Assembly: GCA_951406725.2 (NCBI GenBank)
Contig: OX597819.1
Span: 116,126,001 to 116,190,000, forward strand
Length of the DNA: 64,000 nucleotides
Direction: 5' to 3'
DNA from: Octopus vulgaris
Taxonomy: Eukaryota
Shown in pieces: positions 51,770-64,000 of this stretch (the stretch's first letter is position 1; each line of letters opens with the position of its first letter). Under the pieces are notes generated by a model. That model searched no databases. It saw only the letters and a program-made list of their open reading frames with translations, and had not been told where the DNA came from. A program made the position numbers and the translations under genes.

Positions 51770-53487
51770 CAGTTGTATACTGTCAACTTAATATGACAGT
51801 CCCATGAAGGGTATCACTCCACCGCTATTTAGCCGTAGGAAGCATCAACGCTTCATGTCGGCCTTGACGCATTTGCTGAAAGGATGAAGGGCCAAACCGA
51901 CCTCGGTGGAATTTGAACTCAGAACGTAAAGATGGACGAAATATCACTCAGCATTATGCCCGGAGTGCCGACACTCCTAACATGAAGCAAAATGTTTCAT
52001 AACACGATTTCACAGGAAGAATTTTACAAACCAAATACGAAGACAAAAAAAAATTAAAACTGTGTATTTCTTTTTGTATTGCAATTTATTTAAATTATAA
52101 TTCATATCAGATAAGAATTTAACAATTTCTTAAAAGGTTTTCTTCAAGTAGTTTCTTTCTTTGTTCTTCGGCATTGTCGTGTGTTTCAAATTATATAAAA
52201 TGTTATTTATATAAAATATAAAATTACACAATTTAAAAACGTTGTTTTCGAGTGTATCCCTTCATTCCATCTCCTTATAGTCGTTTACTGAAAATTATAT
52301 AAATTATAATCTACGTAAAATAGAAAAATTACTGATTTTAAAAGGTTATTCTCGAGTACATTGCTTTCTTTGTTTCTAACTAACGTCTTGTGTTGCGTCT
52401 TTTGTCACACATAATTTACTTCTTGATTTCCAAAGATGTTTACCTCTACGTCACACATTGTCTCTCATTCGTCTAGACCAAGCAATGTAAACACATTTTA
52501 CGTCTCTATTTCGCTCGATAAAGCAAAGTTTTAAGTACTTAGCATACTCATAGTTAACTATGAAATCACGCAAAATCATGGTAGAAAATAATAATTGAGC
52601 ATTTTAGCACGAAATATCAAATATATGACATGTACACACACATAAACATATACACCTACACACATAAACATTAATGTACTCTTGCTTCCATTTTAACTTA
52701 CAATGTCTCCTAAAGACCCACACTTATATGCATATATCAATATATACATAAATATGTATATACACATATACATGTATACATATGTACGTATAGTTATATA
52801 TACATGATATATGTATATATATATATATATATGTATGTGTATGCGCTTGTCTATATGCATGCATATGTGTTTCCTGTCTTCGAAATCACCTTATCATCAT
52901 TCGTTAACGTTATTATGTTTCAGATTTATGGAAAGCACTACAGGACTTAATTCAATTTTTTCTCCATATTCATCCGCTTTAATGAAATATGTGAATTTTG
53001 TGTTATTTATTTAGTGAGAGACAATATAATATCGATCACACCCACTTATTGCACAATAAACATATATTGCTCAATAATGATAACATTGATGAGAGCCATT
53101 AATAACAATTAAATACCATCGTACAGTTAATAATTTCCAGAGAGAAAATATATCAAATGGAAAATCATAAAACTGACATATTCCCCACCAGACATGATAT
53201 TAACGGCCCAGATTCATCTAGTAAGTTTTAAGAATAATTATGTTTACATTACTGATTCCTGTATCTGAAATAATTCTCTGTCTGCAAAGTACGCGCATAA
53301 AATAAAGATATGTTTCGAAGCATGATAAACACTCTCTAGACGAATGAAAGCAGTCAATAATGCAATAAGAACTTGCTTAACATATTTATGTTTAGCAGGA
53401 AAGACATAGCACTTACAGCTGCAACCGATACAACTTTTCTAGCTGTCACAGTTAGCCGAATTACAACTTCCCGCGGTAGAGTATACA

Positions 53488-53811
53488 AAATCTCTCGTGG
53501 AAGCGTCATCCAACCAAAATGCAAGTATATGGGAAACTACCACCTGTGTCATCTCTTGTAAAAGGTAGGAGAGTCCAGTTTGCTGGACATTGTTGTAGAG
53601 CTGAAAACGAGGCAATTCCTACTCTTCTCCTCTGGAAGCTATCTACTCCCCATACCAGAGGGCGCACACTCTCCTACCCTGCTGTAATCTCCAGGGATAC
53701 AGACATCCAGCAACAGGCATCGTACAGGCATCGTAATGCTTTGATGGACCGTGAAGTCTGGCGTAGCTTGGTAAATCCCATTGTCTTGACCACGGTCGAA
53801 CAATGATGATG
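53488..53811 (+). mobile_element. 5'-truncated RTE-type LINE with (TGA)n tail and 10-bp TSD
   Basis: ORF 53519-53806 ...RRVQFAGHCCRA...MDREVWRSLV (RTE C-terminus); tail tgatgatg; TSD agagtataca at 53478-53487 and 53812-53821. Confidence 0.85.
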
Positions 53812-54081
53812 AGAGTATACATGTATTTATAAACGTAGGTCGTGTTGAGGTTCGGCGTGTTTGAAGATCACTGGGAATGAGACAACTCTTAACTTTTGTT
53901 AAAGCATGTCATGTGAAGAATGTATACATTAGATAAAACTAGATATGCAAGGAAGAGCATCGAAGCTTTTGGGGATCTTCTGTTTGCGCTTGAAATCATG
54001 GCGCTTCTATATATCTGAGCCTGAGATTCATATCAGCACTGGATATCTTGACCTGATTTCTGTCTGGATTATATATATATA

Positions 54082-54211
54082 TCACCGTGATCACCGTGAT
54101 CACCGTGACCGACTAGGCTATCAGATGTTTCTACACATCGCTGGTCAGAATGCGCTTCGTATTGTTTTAGCCTTCAAATGATGCCACCCCGCTGGCTAAG
54201 CGAGCAGGCCA
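54082..54211 (-). mobile_element. Probable retroelement 3' end with (CACGGTGAT)3 tail, in (TA)n
   Basis: A 9-bp unit repeated three times next to (TA)n, followed by ~100 bp of complex sequence and more (TA)n. Family not identified. Confidence 0.4.
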
Positions 54212-54881
54212 ATATATATATATATACGTGTGTGTGTCTTTCTATGTGTTTGTTTGTCCCCACCACCATCGCTTGACCCCCGAAGCTTGTGTGTTTGCGT
54301 CACTGCAACTTAGCGGTTTGGCAAAATAAACGATGAAGTAAGTACAGGGCTTTAAAAAGTAAGCACTCTGGTTAATATATACAACTAAAACGTTCAAGTT
54401 GAAATAAGTAAAAGATAAAGATTTATTGATAGTCAGTGACACACGCATGTATACGAACTGTCAAACTCGCAAGTATCTTGTATGAAAGCGTAATGATCTA
54501 CGATAAAACAGCGTGGTTGCAGTTTAATATTTTACGGGTTGACATAAGTAGATGTTTGTCAAGAATTCGTCGTTGGTAGTACATAATCTCAAGTAGGCTA
54601 CATCTAAATGCCTGACTTCCAGCGCTGATATTTGTATGTCTCCATACATTTTATCAGGAGAATATTTGAATTTAAATATATACTACAATTATCTAAATAA
54701 AATAGCATATTTGATATAGTAAATTACTAAGTAAAAGTTATCATTGTATAACATACTTCAGTACTATAGCAACTTATAGTAATTAAGACATGATAAATAG
54801 AAAAATTGCGAAGACTTTATCACAAAACTGACCGACAAAATCATGTGATGCAACTGAGGTAGTTCTGTTTAGAAGTTCAAT

Positions 54882-55050
54882 ATGTTTCTTTATTAGCCAC
54901 ACAGGGCTGAACACAGACGGGACAGATTACAAAGTAGAGCTTTGGTGGTGGTGGGGGGGGGAGGAGAAAAAAAGGTGGGGTAGGATTTCGATCAAAAGGG
55001 ATCGTAAAAGGGAAAGAAAAAAACGATCAATAGGGATCGTGTATCACATC
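54882..55050 (-). mobile_element. Tx1-type LINE 3' UTR fragment
   Basis: Reverse complement of gtgatacacgatccctattgatcg...ccctgtgtggctaataaagaaacat; not embedded in (TCTA)n. Confidence 0.85.
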
Positions 55051-55146
55051 AACATTTTATAACATTCAGTCATGTTTCTAGAAACTTCAGCACAACGATC
55101 AGTCCCAAAAATTCACAATAGACACTTTAACGTCTACCACACATTT

Positions 55147-55531
55147 GGAAGCACTCCGTCGGTTACGACGATGAGGGTTCCGGTTGATCCGAATCAACGG
55201 AACAGCCTGCTCGTGTAATTAACGTGTAAGTGGCTGAGCACTCCACAGACACGTGCACCCTTAACGTAGTTCTCAGGGAGATTCAGCGTGACACAGAGAG
55301 TGACAAGGCCGGCCGCTTGAAATTACAGGTACAACAGAAACAGGAAATAAGAGTGAGAGAAAGTTGTGGTGAAAGAGTACGGCAGTGATCACCAACATCC
55401 CCTGCCGGAGTCTCGTGGAGCTTTAGGTGTTTTCGCTCAATAAACACTCACAAAGCCCGGTCTGGAGATCGAAACCGCGATCCTATGACCGCGAGTCCGC
55501 TGCCCTAACCAATGGGCCATTGCGCCTCCAC
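55147..55531 (-). mobile_element. SINE family C with 11-bp TSD
   Basis: Reverse complement of 19826-20212; TSD accacacattt at 55136-55146 and 55532-55542. Confidence 0.9.
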
Positions 55532-55840
55532 ACCACACATTTAATTAGATACTAGCCGATGTTATTGTCCGAATAATGTTCACGTAAGTGTTAATGTGTT
55601 TTATGGTGATACGGTCAATTTTGCCTTCTAATGCGGTGTAGTTGGGCCGTGATTCTTAATTTGGAAGCTGCATTTAACCAAATTGCTTTGCATTTATTTC
55701 CACTTGTCTTTCCCAACCTCATCCTCGTTGTCGTCACCATCTCCATCATCAGCATTTGGCTGGTGGATATTAGCTATAGAATTGATGGGTTACGTGTAAC
55801 ACCAAATTCAAGGTAAGTGCCAATGAAACAGCGGGCGACG

Positions 55841-55971
<131 letters not shown>

Positions 55972-58719
55972 GATGCGTGCTCTAAGGATGGAAGGTGTTG
56001 GAGCCGCGAGGGAGGCCCGGGTGGCGGTGGCGTAGCAGGGCAACAAATCCACCATTCGGTCTCTGGTAGATGAACAAGGGCGCGAATTGCTCGAGCCCAG
56101 CAAGATGTGCGAGACATTTCAGCGGTACTTTGCCCGACTGTACAGGACGAGTGGTGAGCGTGAACGCAGGGTGGACTTCAGTGCCTACCTGCACAGCCTA
56201 CCACGACTCTCGGCAAGAGAGGCAGAGTGCTGCGAAGGTGCCATCACGGCGGCGGATGTGCGGGACGCGATGGCAGAATGCTCGAGAGACAAATCGCCGG
56301 GTTTGGATGGTCTGCCCTACGAGTTTTACAATTGTATGCCAGACTTGTTTGGAGACATCTTGGCAGCGGTATACTGCAACTGGCAGCAAAACGGGAGCAT
56401 ACCCGGTTTTGTGAATCGAGGAGCTGTAACACTGCTGAAGAAAGATCCAAACAAGGGGAACATTATAGATAACTTTAGACCAATCACTCTGCTCAATGCA
56501 GACCTGAAAATTTTGACAAAGGTGTTAGCCAAGAGGTTGGCGCTTGTCATCGAGAAACTGGTCGACAACGCACAAACGTGCGCCGTGCCGGGCCGGAGCA
56601 TCCATGACAACCTCCATCTGATGCGCTACATCATAGACAAGGTAGTTAACGAACCTGGCATGGGTGGGGCCCTGATCAACTTGGATCAATCGAAGCCTTC
56701 GATAGGGTAGACCATCGATACTTGGAGGCAGTCCTGAGAGCGGCTGGTTTCGGTCCCGTCTTCCGCGGCTGGATAGCTGCCTTGTACAGAGGCATCCGTT
56801 CGGTAATTCGCGTAAATGGACATCTATCGAGACCTTTCGACATTGCACGTTCGGTCCGTCAGGGATGCCCCCTCTCGGCGCTTCTATACGTATTGACTCT
56901 TGAGCCACTACTGCGGAAGCTGGCGACTCTGAGGGGCATCCCGCGAGAATTGGGATGCGGGACGAGCGTGTCTGCATACGCGGACGACGTCACCGTCATA
57001 GTGTTAAGCCACGAGCACATCGAGCGTGTCGGCGAGACACTGAAAGACTACGAAGCGGTGACAGGAGCAAAAATCAACCGGGAAAAGTCAGTGGGCTTGC
57101 GGCTCGGCACCTGGAGAAGGAAGCCCATGCCGTCCACCAGTACCTCCGTCGTGGGGCGCTGGACCGACGACCCGGTTGAGTTGCTCGGGGTTTGGTTCGG
57201 TCCGGACCTCCAAATGGAGAAGAACTGGAACGAGATAACGAGTAGGGTGGTCACTCTCGCCCGGCAATGGGCCGAGAGGAAAATTGTCCCTAAAAGGTCG
57301 GGCGGAGGTGGCGAACACGTACATCGCGTCCATCATCTACTACCGCCTGACCGTCGTACCTTGTCCCGACCCTACCATCACCAAACTAGAACGCATTCTC
57401 TTCCGCTTCTTGTGGAAAGGATGCGTCCCGATGGTCAGGCGATCCATTTGCTGTCAACACCCGTTAAAAGGAGGGCTGGGCATGCCATGGTTGATGATGC
57501 GCAGACACGCGCTGAGACTGCGACATCTCCGGCTCTATGTAAGACGACGGTGAACAGGTGTGGTCGCCGTTTGTGAGGCACGCATTCCCGCAACTCGTCT
57601 CCATGACCGAACTGCAGTCGTGGATCAAAAAGAAGCCGAGGAAGGGCGAATGGCACCGCGAGTGTCGCGTTGCTCTCAAGCAACTCTGCCGTCCCGGGTC
57701 GACCTTGAGTGACTTCAACACAACCAAAGCATTCTATAGGGGATTAGTGGAGGGGAGGTACGACGACGATCTCGGGGCGAACCTGGGCGTCGACGAGGAA
57801 TACCTGACCCGCCTGTTTCAAACGACTTTCGGCCCGGGACTTATGGACAACTTCCAGAGATCCCTGGCCTGGCGGTGCTACCGAGAAGCGCTACCCGTTC
57901 GGGATAAGCTCTATAGGCATGGCTCGAGAAACACGGGGCCGACTTACCCGAGATGCGGGCAGAGCGACGAAACCGCTCTGCACGCAATCGTGCAGTGTCC
58001 AGCAATTTCTGACCTGTGGGCTTATGTCGAACGACTGCTGTCACGTGTGGGACGTGTTGGTTTATCAGCCGAGTCTATCGTTAATATCGTCACGCCTCCT
58101 TCCTTCAAACGGGAAGGAAGAGCTATTTTTATCATACTTGTGGCTATGGCGAAAGAATGTATCTGGTGGACGCGCCTCAAAGGATTAGAGACAAACACTT
58201 TCCTCTCTGGTCAATCTCTCATCAACTTCAAGTATCACTTGAAGAGGAAAGTGAGACTAGAGAGGCAAGTTTTGTCTAGTGAATGTTTTAAAAAAAGATG
58301 GGTGAATGTAGCAAGGGTGAATGTCAAGCCACCTTGACTATGATTCTATGAACCGTAAAAATTAATACAGAGAGTTGCTTATTTGCAAAAAAAAAGAAAG
58401 AAATATAACATGTGACTTCATTGACCGAGGTTACCGTGGTCTTTTCCGTAGGCTTTTCTTTCCACGGGTAAACCTCACCTGTCCTCCCCTTTACACTTCA
58501 TATTGACATTTCTGTGATTACGATCCCTATTGAACAACCTTTTTTTTCCTCTCCCCTTTTCTTTTTTTTTCCCTCTCCCCCCTTTTTTTTGTCCTCTTTC
58601 TTTCCTTTTACGATCCCTTTTGATCGAAAACCAACCCCCTCTTTTTCCCCCAAAAAGAAAAGCTCTACCTTGTAATTTGTTCTGTCTGTGTGCAGCCCTG
58701 TGTGGCTAATAAAGAAACA

Positions 58720-58720
<1 letters not shown>
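55972..58720 (+). mobile_element. 5'-truncated Tx1-type (L1 group) LINE, frameshifted ORF2, inserted in (TCTA)n
   Basis: Four successive frames: KSPGLDGLPYEFY and NFRPITLLNADLKILTKVLAKRL; SVRQGCPLS and SAYADDVT; LSLKGR-like ...KGGLG; zinc-finger region YPRC..DETALH..CP. No endonuclease domain or ORF1. 3' end aataaagaaacat joins (ATCT)n. Confidence 0.95.
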
Positions 58721-58779
<59 letters not shown>

Positions 58780-58808
58780 GATCGATCTATCTATCCTATC
58801 TGTATCTT

Positions 58809-58863
<55 letters not shown>

Positions 58864-59036
58864 GTAAATAAAAGGCGGAGGATGGAAGGGAGTGTATACA
58901 AACATGTACACATACACATATGTGCAAATCTACCCATATTTTTACGTATTTATTTAAAATCATATATATTATGTATATATATTATATCATATGTAAATAT
59001 ATATATATATATATACATATATAGTTATATAAGAAA

Positions 59037-59104
<68 letters not shown>

Positions 59105-59931
59105 GAAAGAGAGGGGAGAGAGAGATAAGAGAAGGTGAAAAGCAACTAAGCGTGTAAAAATTCTATATGGAGCAAGCTAAACCATTGCCGCGAATTTTAG
59201 CTTTTTTCCTCTTATGGCATATTTCCAAACACGTAGAAGCCAGGCTCTCTGATATCTTTATGCATGACGTAGAATCTAGAGCTGATCCATCTATCTATTG
59301 ACTTATAGCTTTACTCAATGTATAAATCAACCAGAAGTCCCTAAACACATGCAATGCAATTCTGTTCGTTGAAAAACTGACTTATTTCTAGAATATAATT
59401 CATCTTCCCAAGAAACTTCACTCATCAATAATTAAATTTTTGATCCGTGTATTGTATCCAGTTGTTTAGTCAACTACCACTACAGTGTAAGAGATCTATT
59501 CAATGAAAGCTCATCTCAAGTCACACGTGAACAAAGTAAGTAAACAAACAGCTTGTCTTTGAAAAGTTTACCATTTGTTATGATGTTTTTCAACTATTCC
59601 TTTTCACCCGAGCACTATTAAATTGATGTTGAGCTGTTGCGGCCATTGTCCCACCTGATCGATCTAAATCATTATGCCAGAAAGAAACCAACAAAACGGA
59701 AAGAAAATATTTCTAAGATATAGTAAGTCGTTGCAGTTTCGAGTGTGTAGTGATCATCGGACGAATTTCTTGCTATATATTTTCTTCACCGAGATTTGTA
59801 TCAAACTTTTCAAACGCACTGCAGCAAACTAGTGACTGGGGTGATGGAAATATATAAGCAGAGACGAGAAAGACATAATGTAAAGCGTTAAATAAATACA
59901 AGACGTCTATCCACAAAACCTCACGTTTCCA

Positions 59932-60004
<73 letters not shown>

Positions 60005-60033
60005 CCTACCTACCTATCTATCTATCTATCTAC

Positions 60034-60615
<582 letters not shown>

Positions 60616-61777
60616 GTCTGTCTATTTATCTATCTATAAATGTTAGGACCGCGAGAAGTGTGAAAGCAATTGTGATTAACTGTGTTGACTCTGTTATGAA
60701 ATTACGCGATTATTGTTAAATACTTAATTTAGTAGATGGGTTTTTATATATCTTTAAAAAAACCCCACCAGAAACCAGCTCCATGCTAACACTTTGCTTA
60801 CCCAAAGCGTTTTTATAAGTTTCTTCTAAACGTTCATTCTCGATTTCAGGGGTTCAGTTAGCCTTGTTCCAATAGTTGTAAGTAACATAAATCTTCCGTA
60901 CAATAAGTCCCAAGTTACTCCGGTGCCTGACGAATATTGGAAATGTGTATTAGATACGACGCATGGACCCCAGGGGAATACGGGATACGTACGATAGGTA
61001 AGCTGATGATATAAAATAGGGTGAGACAAAATTCGATGCCTGTGGTGCATTTGATTTCCGAAGGAACTAGTTTCCTTATAAATAAATGCCACAAAATACA
61101 TGCGGTGAATTCGAACTGGAAATGTACGAATTGGTTGAGTAATTCCATTTTAACTTTGCTATATAGTTTCCGCCATTTTATTAACAAGACCACAGTGTAA
61201 TCAATAGAAACAGCAAACTAATCATGGATTTGTTTGCATTACATGCAACTATGAGTTTTTGGCTTTTGTTTATATTCATTATATCTATATATTATATTTT
61301 TTTATTTCTTTGCTTCAACGTACTGCCGAGAAAAAACAACAACTACCACAATAATAATAAATACATGTACTACTCTCACGTTGTTGATTGTCAGTTTGGA
61401 TATTAAATAGGAGCTGCGCAGAAAGCCCACAGTTTGTTTGAATTTTGTTTTCGTCATGCTATAAGTAGTAACAAAAGACGTTGATGGGAAATGCTTTATA
61501 ACAGAGAAGTGAATGATGTTTAAAAGACAGCAGAAAATTAAATTCCGTTGACATATATTTCTTGCTTTATCTAATCTCTTGTTTGCATCTGTAATATTTT
61601 ATTTATTGCTTTGACTAAGAGTTTATTTGTTTTTTACAGCTTTCCATGTAAGCAAAGGTAACATTACATTTTGGTAAAATGAAGTCTTTCTATGTTTTTC
61701 TTATTTTTTTTCTTTCATAAAAGCAAAACAAAGTAACTAGAATTGACATTTTCGGGAAATCTTAATGTTTCTGTTAC

Positions 61778-61781
61778 ACTA

Positions 61782-61812
<31 letters not shown>

Positions 61813-62061
61813 AACGCACCCTCCTCCTCATCATCGTCATCGTACTCTTCATCATCATCAACATCATCATCGTCATCATCATCATCATCATTAAGATCAC
61901 CACCACCATCATCATCATCACCACCACCAACACCATCACCACCACCATCATCATCCTCATCATCATCATCGCAGTCATCGTCGTCGACCTAGTCGTCGTC
62001 GTTGTCTTCATCATCATCATTATCATTATCATTATTATCATCATCATCATCATCATTATTA

Positions 62062-62113
<52 letters not shown>
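61778..62113. repeat. (CTA)n/(CTG)n/(CAT)n/(ATT)n compound trinucleotide repeat
   Basis: Seen directly. Confidence 0.9.
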
Positions 62114-62570
62114 GACTGGACCGGTTCAATTAATCAGTGTCCGGTTTGATCAAGACTTCCGGGTAGAGAAGAACTGGGGGTGATGTGACGAGCAGGGTAG
62201 CCAATCTCACCCAGAATTAGGCAGAGAGGGAGCTTTCTCTGAAAGTTCAGGCTGAAGTGGCGAATGCGTGCATCGCATCTGTTATCATCGCCTGACTGTT
62301 TTCCATTTCCCTGCTTCGCGTCTGATAAAGCTGGAGCGCCTGCTCTCCCGCTTTCTGTTGAAGGGACGTGTCCCACTCGTCAGGCGGTCCATCTGAGGTC
62401 AATAGCCGCTGAGTGGAAGACAGGGCATGTCATGATTACTGATGCGCCGACACGCGCTGAGGCTGCCACGTGTCCAGCGCTTTCTTAACGGTGAACAGGT
62501 ATGGTGGCCGTTTGTCACACAGGATTTTCTGCACCTTGTTTCATTGACGGAGCTAGTCCTGGATCAAGCG
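62114..62570 (+). mobile_element. Decayed internal fragment of the Tx1-type LINE
   Basis: Similar to 57165-57630 (gagaagaactgg, gacacgcgctgag, acggtgaacaggt.tgg). Confidence 0.7.
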
Positions 62571-63602
62571 TAGACACACACACATATATGCAAATATATA
62601 TATATATATATACATACATATGTGTTGGGTGTTTGTGTGTGCGTATATGCATGCAGTATTTATCTATACAAGCATACACATGCATATATAAATTCATGCA
62701 TACGTAAGTCCTGGAACCCAAATACCTTTAGATGTCGCAGAAGCATTGCTGGGAACAAATTTCATTAAGGCAGGGATTTCGTTCCAGATAACTGTCTGTT
62801 GGTCGTCCCTGATTTGGCCGTGTAGATCTCGATTATGTGGCTTGTGTAGTCAAATAAATGAAACGACGAAGAGCTTAATATCTATCTTTTGCTAATTTAT
62901 GAGATTTGTACAATCTAGAATACCCACTATGTTTTTTTCAAGATTATACTGTTTCTATCAGAAATCCAAGTGACACACGTCAAAACGGTGAACCTGCATG
63001 GGCAATATTATGAATATTTTACAAGCGTTTTTGTCAGTTAGTCTATCTGCAATGCAATTCTGTGTTCAAGATGTCTGTATTCCCACTCGTCTGTTAACAA
63101 TGATATATTGCCTACTCTGAGTAATGCTACCAACACGGTGCTAAAAATATGAAGCAGCTACTTTAAACTCGGCCTAGGAAAGAAAGCATCATGAGCACCA
63201 ACTCAAATTTGAAAAAAAGTGTCAAATGCAAGGGAAAATAAGAGCCTTGTAAGCGTGAAAAATAGATTCGGAAGAAATATTGAGCTTGACAGACGGAATC
63301 AATTTACACAGCCTAAAAACGATATGTTGGTGAAGACAACATCATAATTTACTTTCGAATCTCACTGAAAGCACCAGATTGGTGGATGCCTTTTTAAGAT
63401 CGTTTTTGCAAAAAATGCCCGCTTTCGGTTACATCAATAATATTTACGAGGTATACAACACATAGCAAACGGGCAGAGTCGTAAGATGCTGCAACATTAG
63501 CAGATTAAATGTTTGTAATACATATGATCAACCGATTTGAATTTTAATTGTTTAAATTATACCTCGTTTAAATTAGAAGAATATTCTTCTTTCTTTTATT
63601 TT

Positions 63603-63863
63603 CGCCCTTTTCAAGTCTAGTCAGGCTCATGCGCCCGGTTTCCCGGTTTCTGTGGCGTATGCGACCCCCCACCCAGCTGGACGGGACGCCAGTCCATCGC
63701 AGCGTTATTCAAGAAACAAGAAGAGAGAGTGAGAGAAAGTTGGGGTGAAAGAGTACAACAGGGATTGCCACAACCCCTGCCGGCGTATGGTGGAGCAGTG
63801 GGTGTTTTCGCTCAATAAACACACATAACGCCCGGTCTGGGAATCGAAACTGCGATCCTCCGA
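63603..63863 (-). mobile_element. Chimeric SINE (family C head and body with the tail of the 32444-32706 type)
   Basis: 63720-63863 matches family C; 63603-63710 matches the 32461-32560 tail. Confidence 0.75.
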
Positions 63864-64000
63864 CTTCAATTTTTCAAATTTTAACCAATCCTATGCACTC
63901 TTTTGAGCTAAAATCATTTGCTGCCTCTAAAACTGAGACAACATCCTGTAACTAACCCTAAACATCCCCCCTAACCCTAACCCTAACCCTAAATTTTTTT

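Noticed and set aside
60920-60955. CTGACGA-atattg-GAAA spacing suggestive of a hammerhead
   Set aside because: Helices I and III cannot form.
61715-62183. Poly-Ile/Met/Ser ORFs
   Set aside because: Trinucleotide repeat artefacts.
63952-63992. (CCCTAA)n telomere-like motif at the window end
   Set aside because: Only a few units, followed by other sequence, and in the wrong orientation for a right chromosome end; probably part of a dispersed repeat.

Overview
AT-rich, repeat-dense eukaryotic DNA that reads as intronic or intergenic. The SINE repertoire and the (TA)n/(CA)n load look like an octopod cephalopod; this is recognition from memory, not verified. I found no intact host protein-coding gene, and nearly all ORF-track entries are microsatellite translation artefacts. 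Recognisable content: tRNA-derived SINEs of at least three families, several with TSDs; a 5'-truncated CR1-group LINE; a Tx1-type LINE family repeatedly inserted in (TCTA)n tracts; RTE fragments; non-autonomous Helitrons; hAT and Tc1/mariner fossils. The most interesting layer is a set of (TA)n-flanked, non-coding, Penelope-pLTR/retrozyme-like repeats that carry hammerhead ribozyme (HHR) motifs. Some are minimal type I HHRs, located in a 716-bp inverted repeat and in a perfect 417-bp palindrome. Three others (29.9, 48.8 and 51.5 kb) have their strands in a non-circularly permuted order, with compensatory base pairing between two subfamilies, and two of these lie in a tandem ~0.9-kb retrozyme-like unit.
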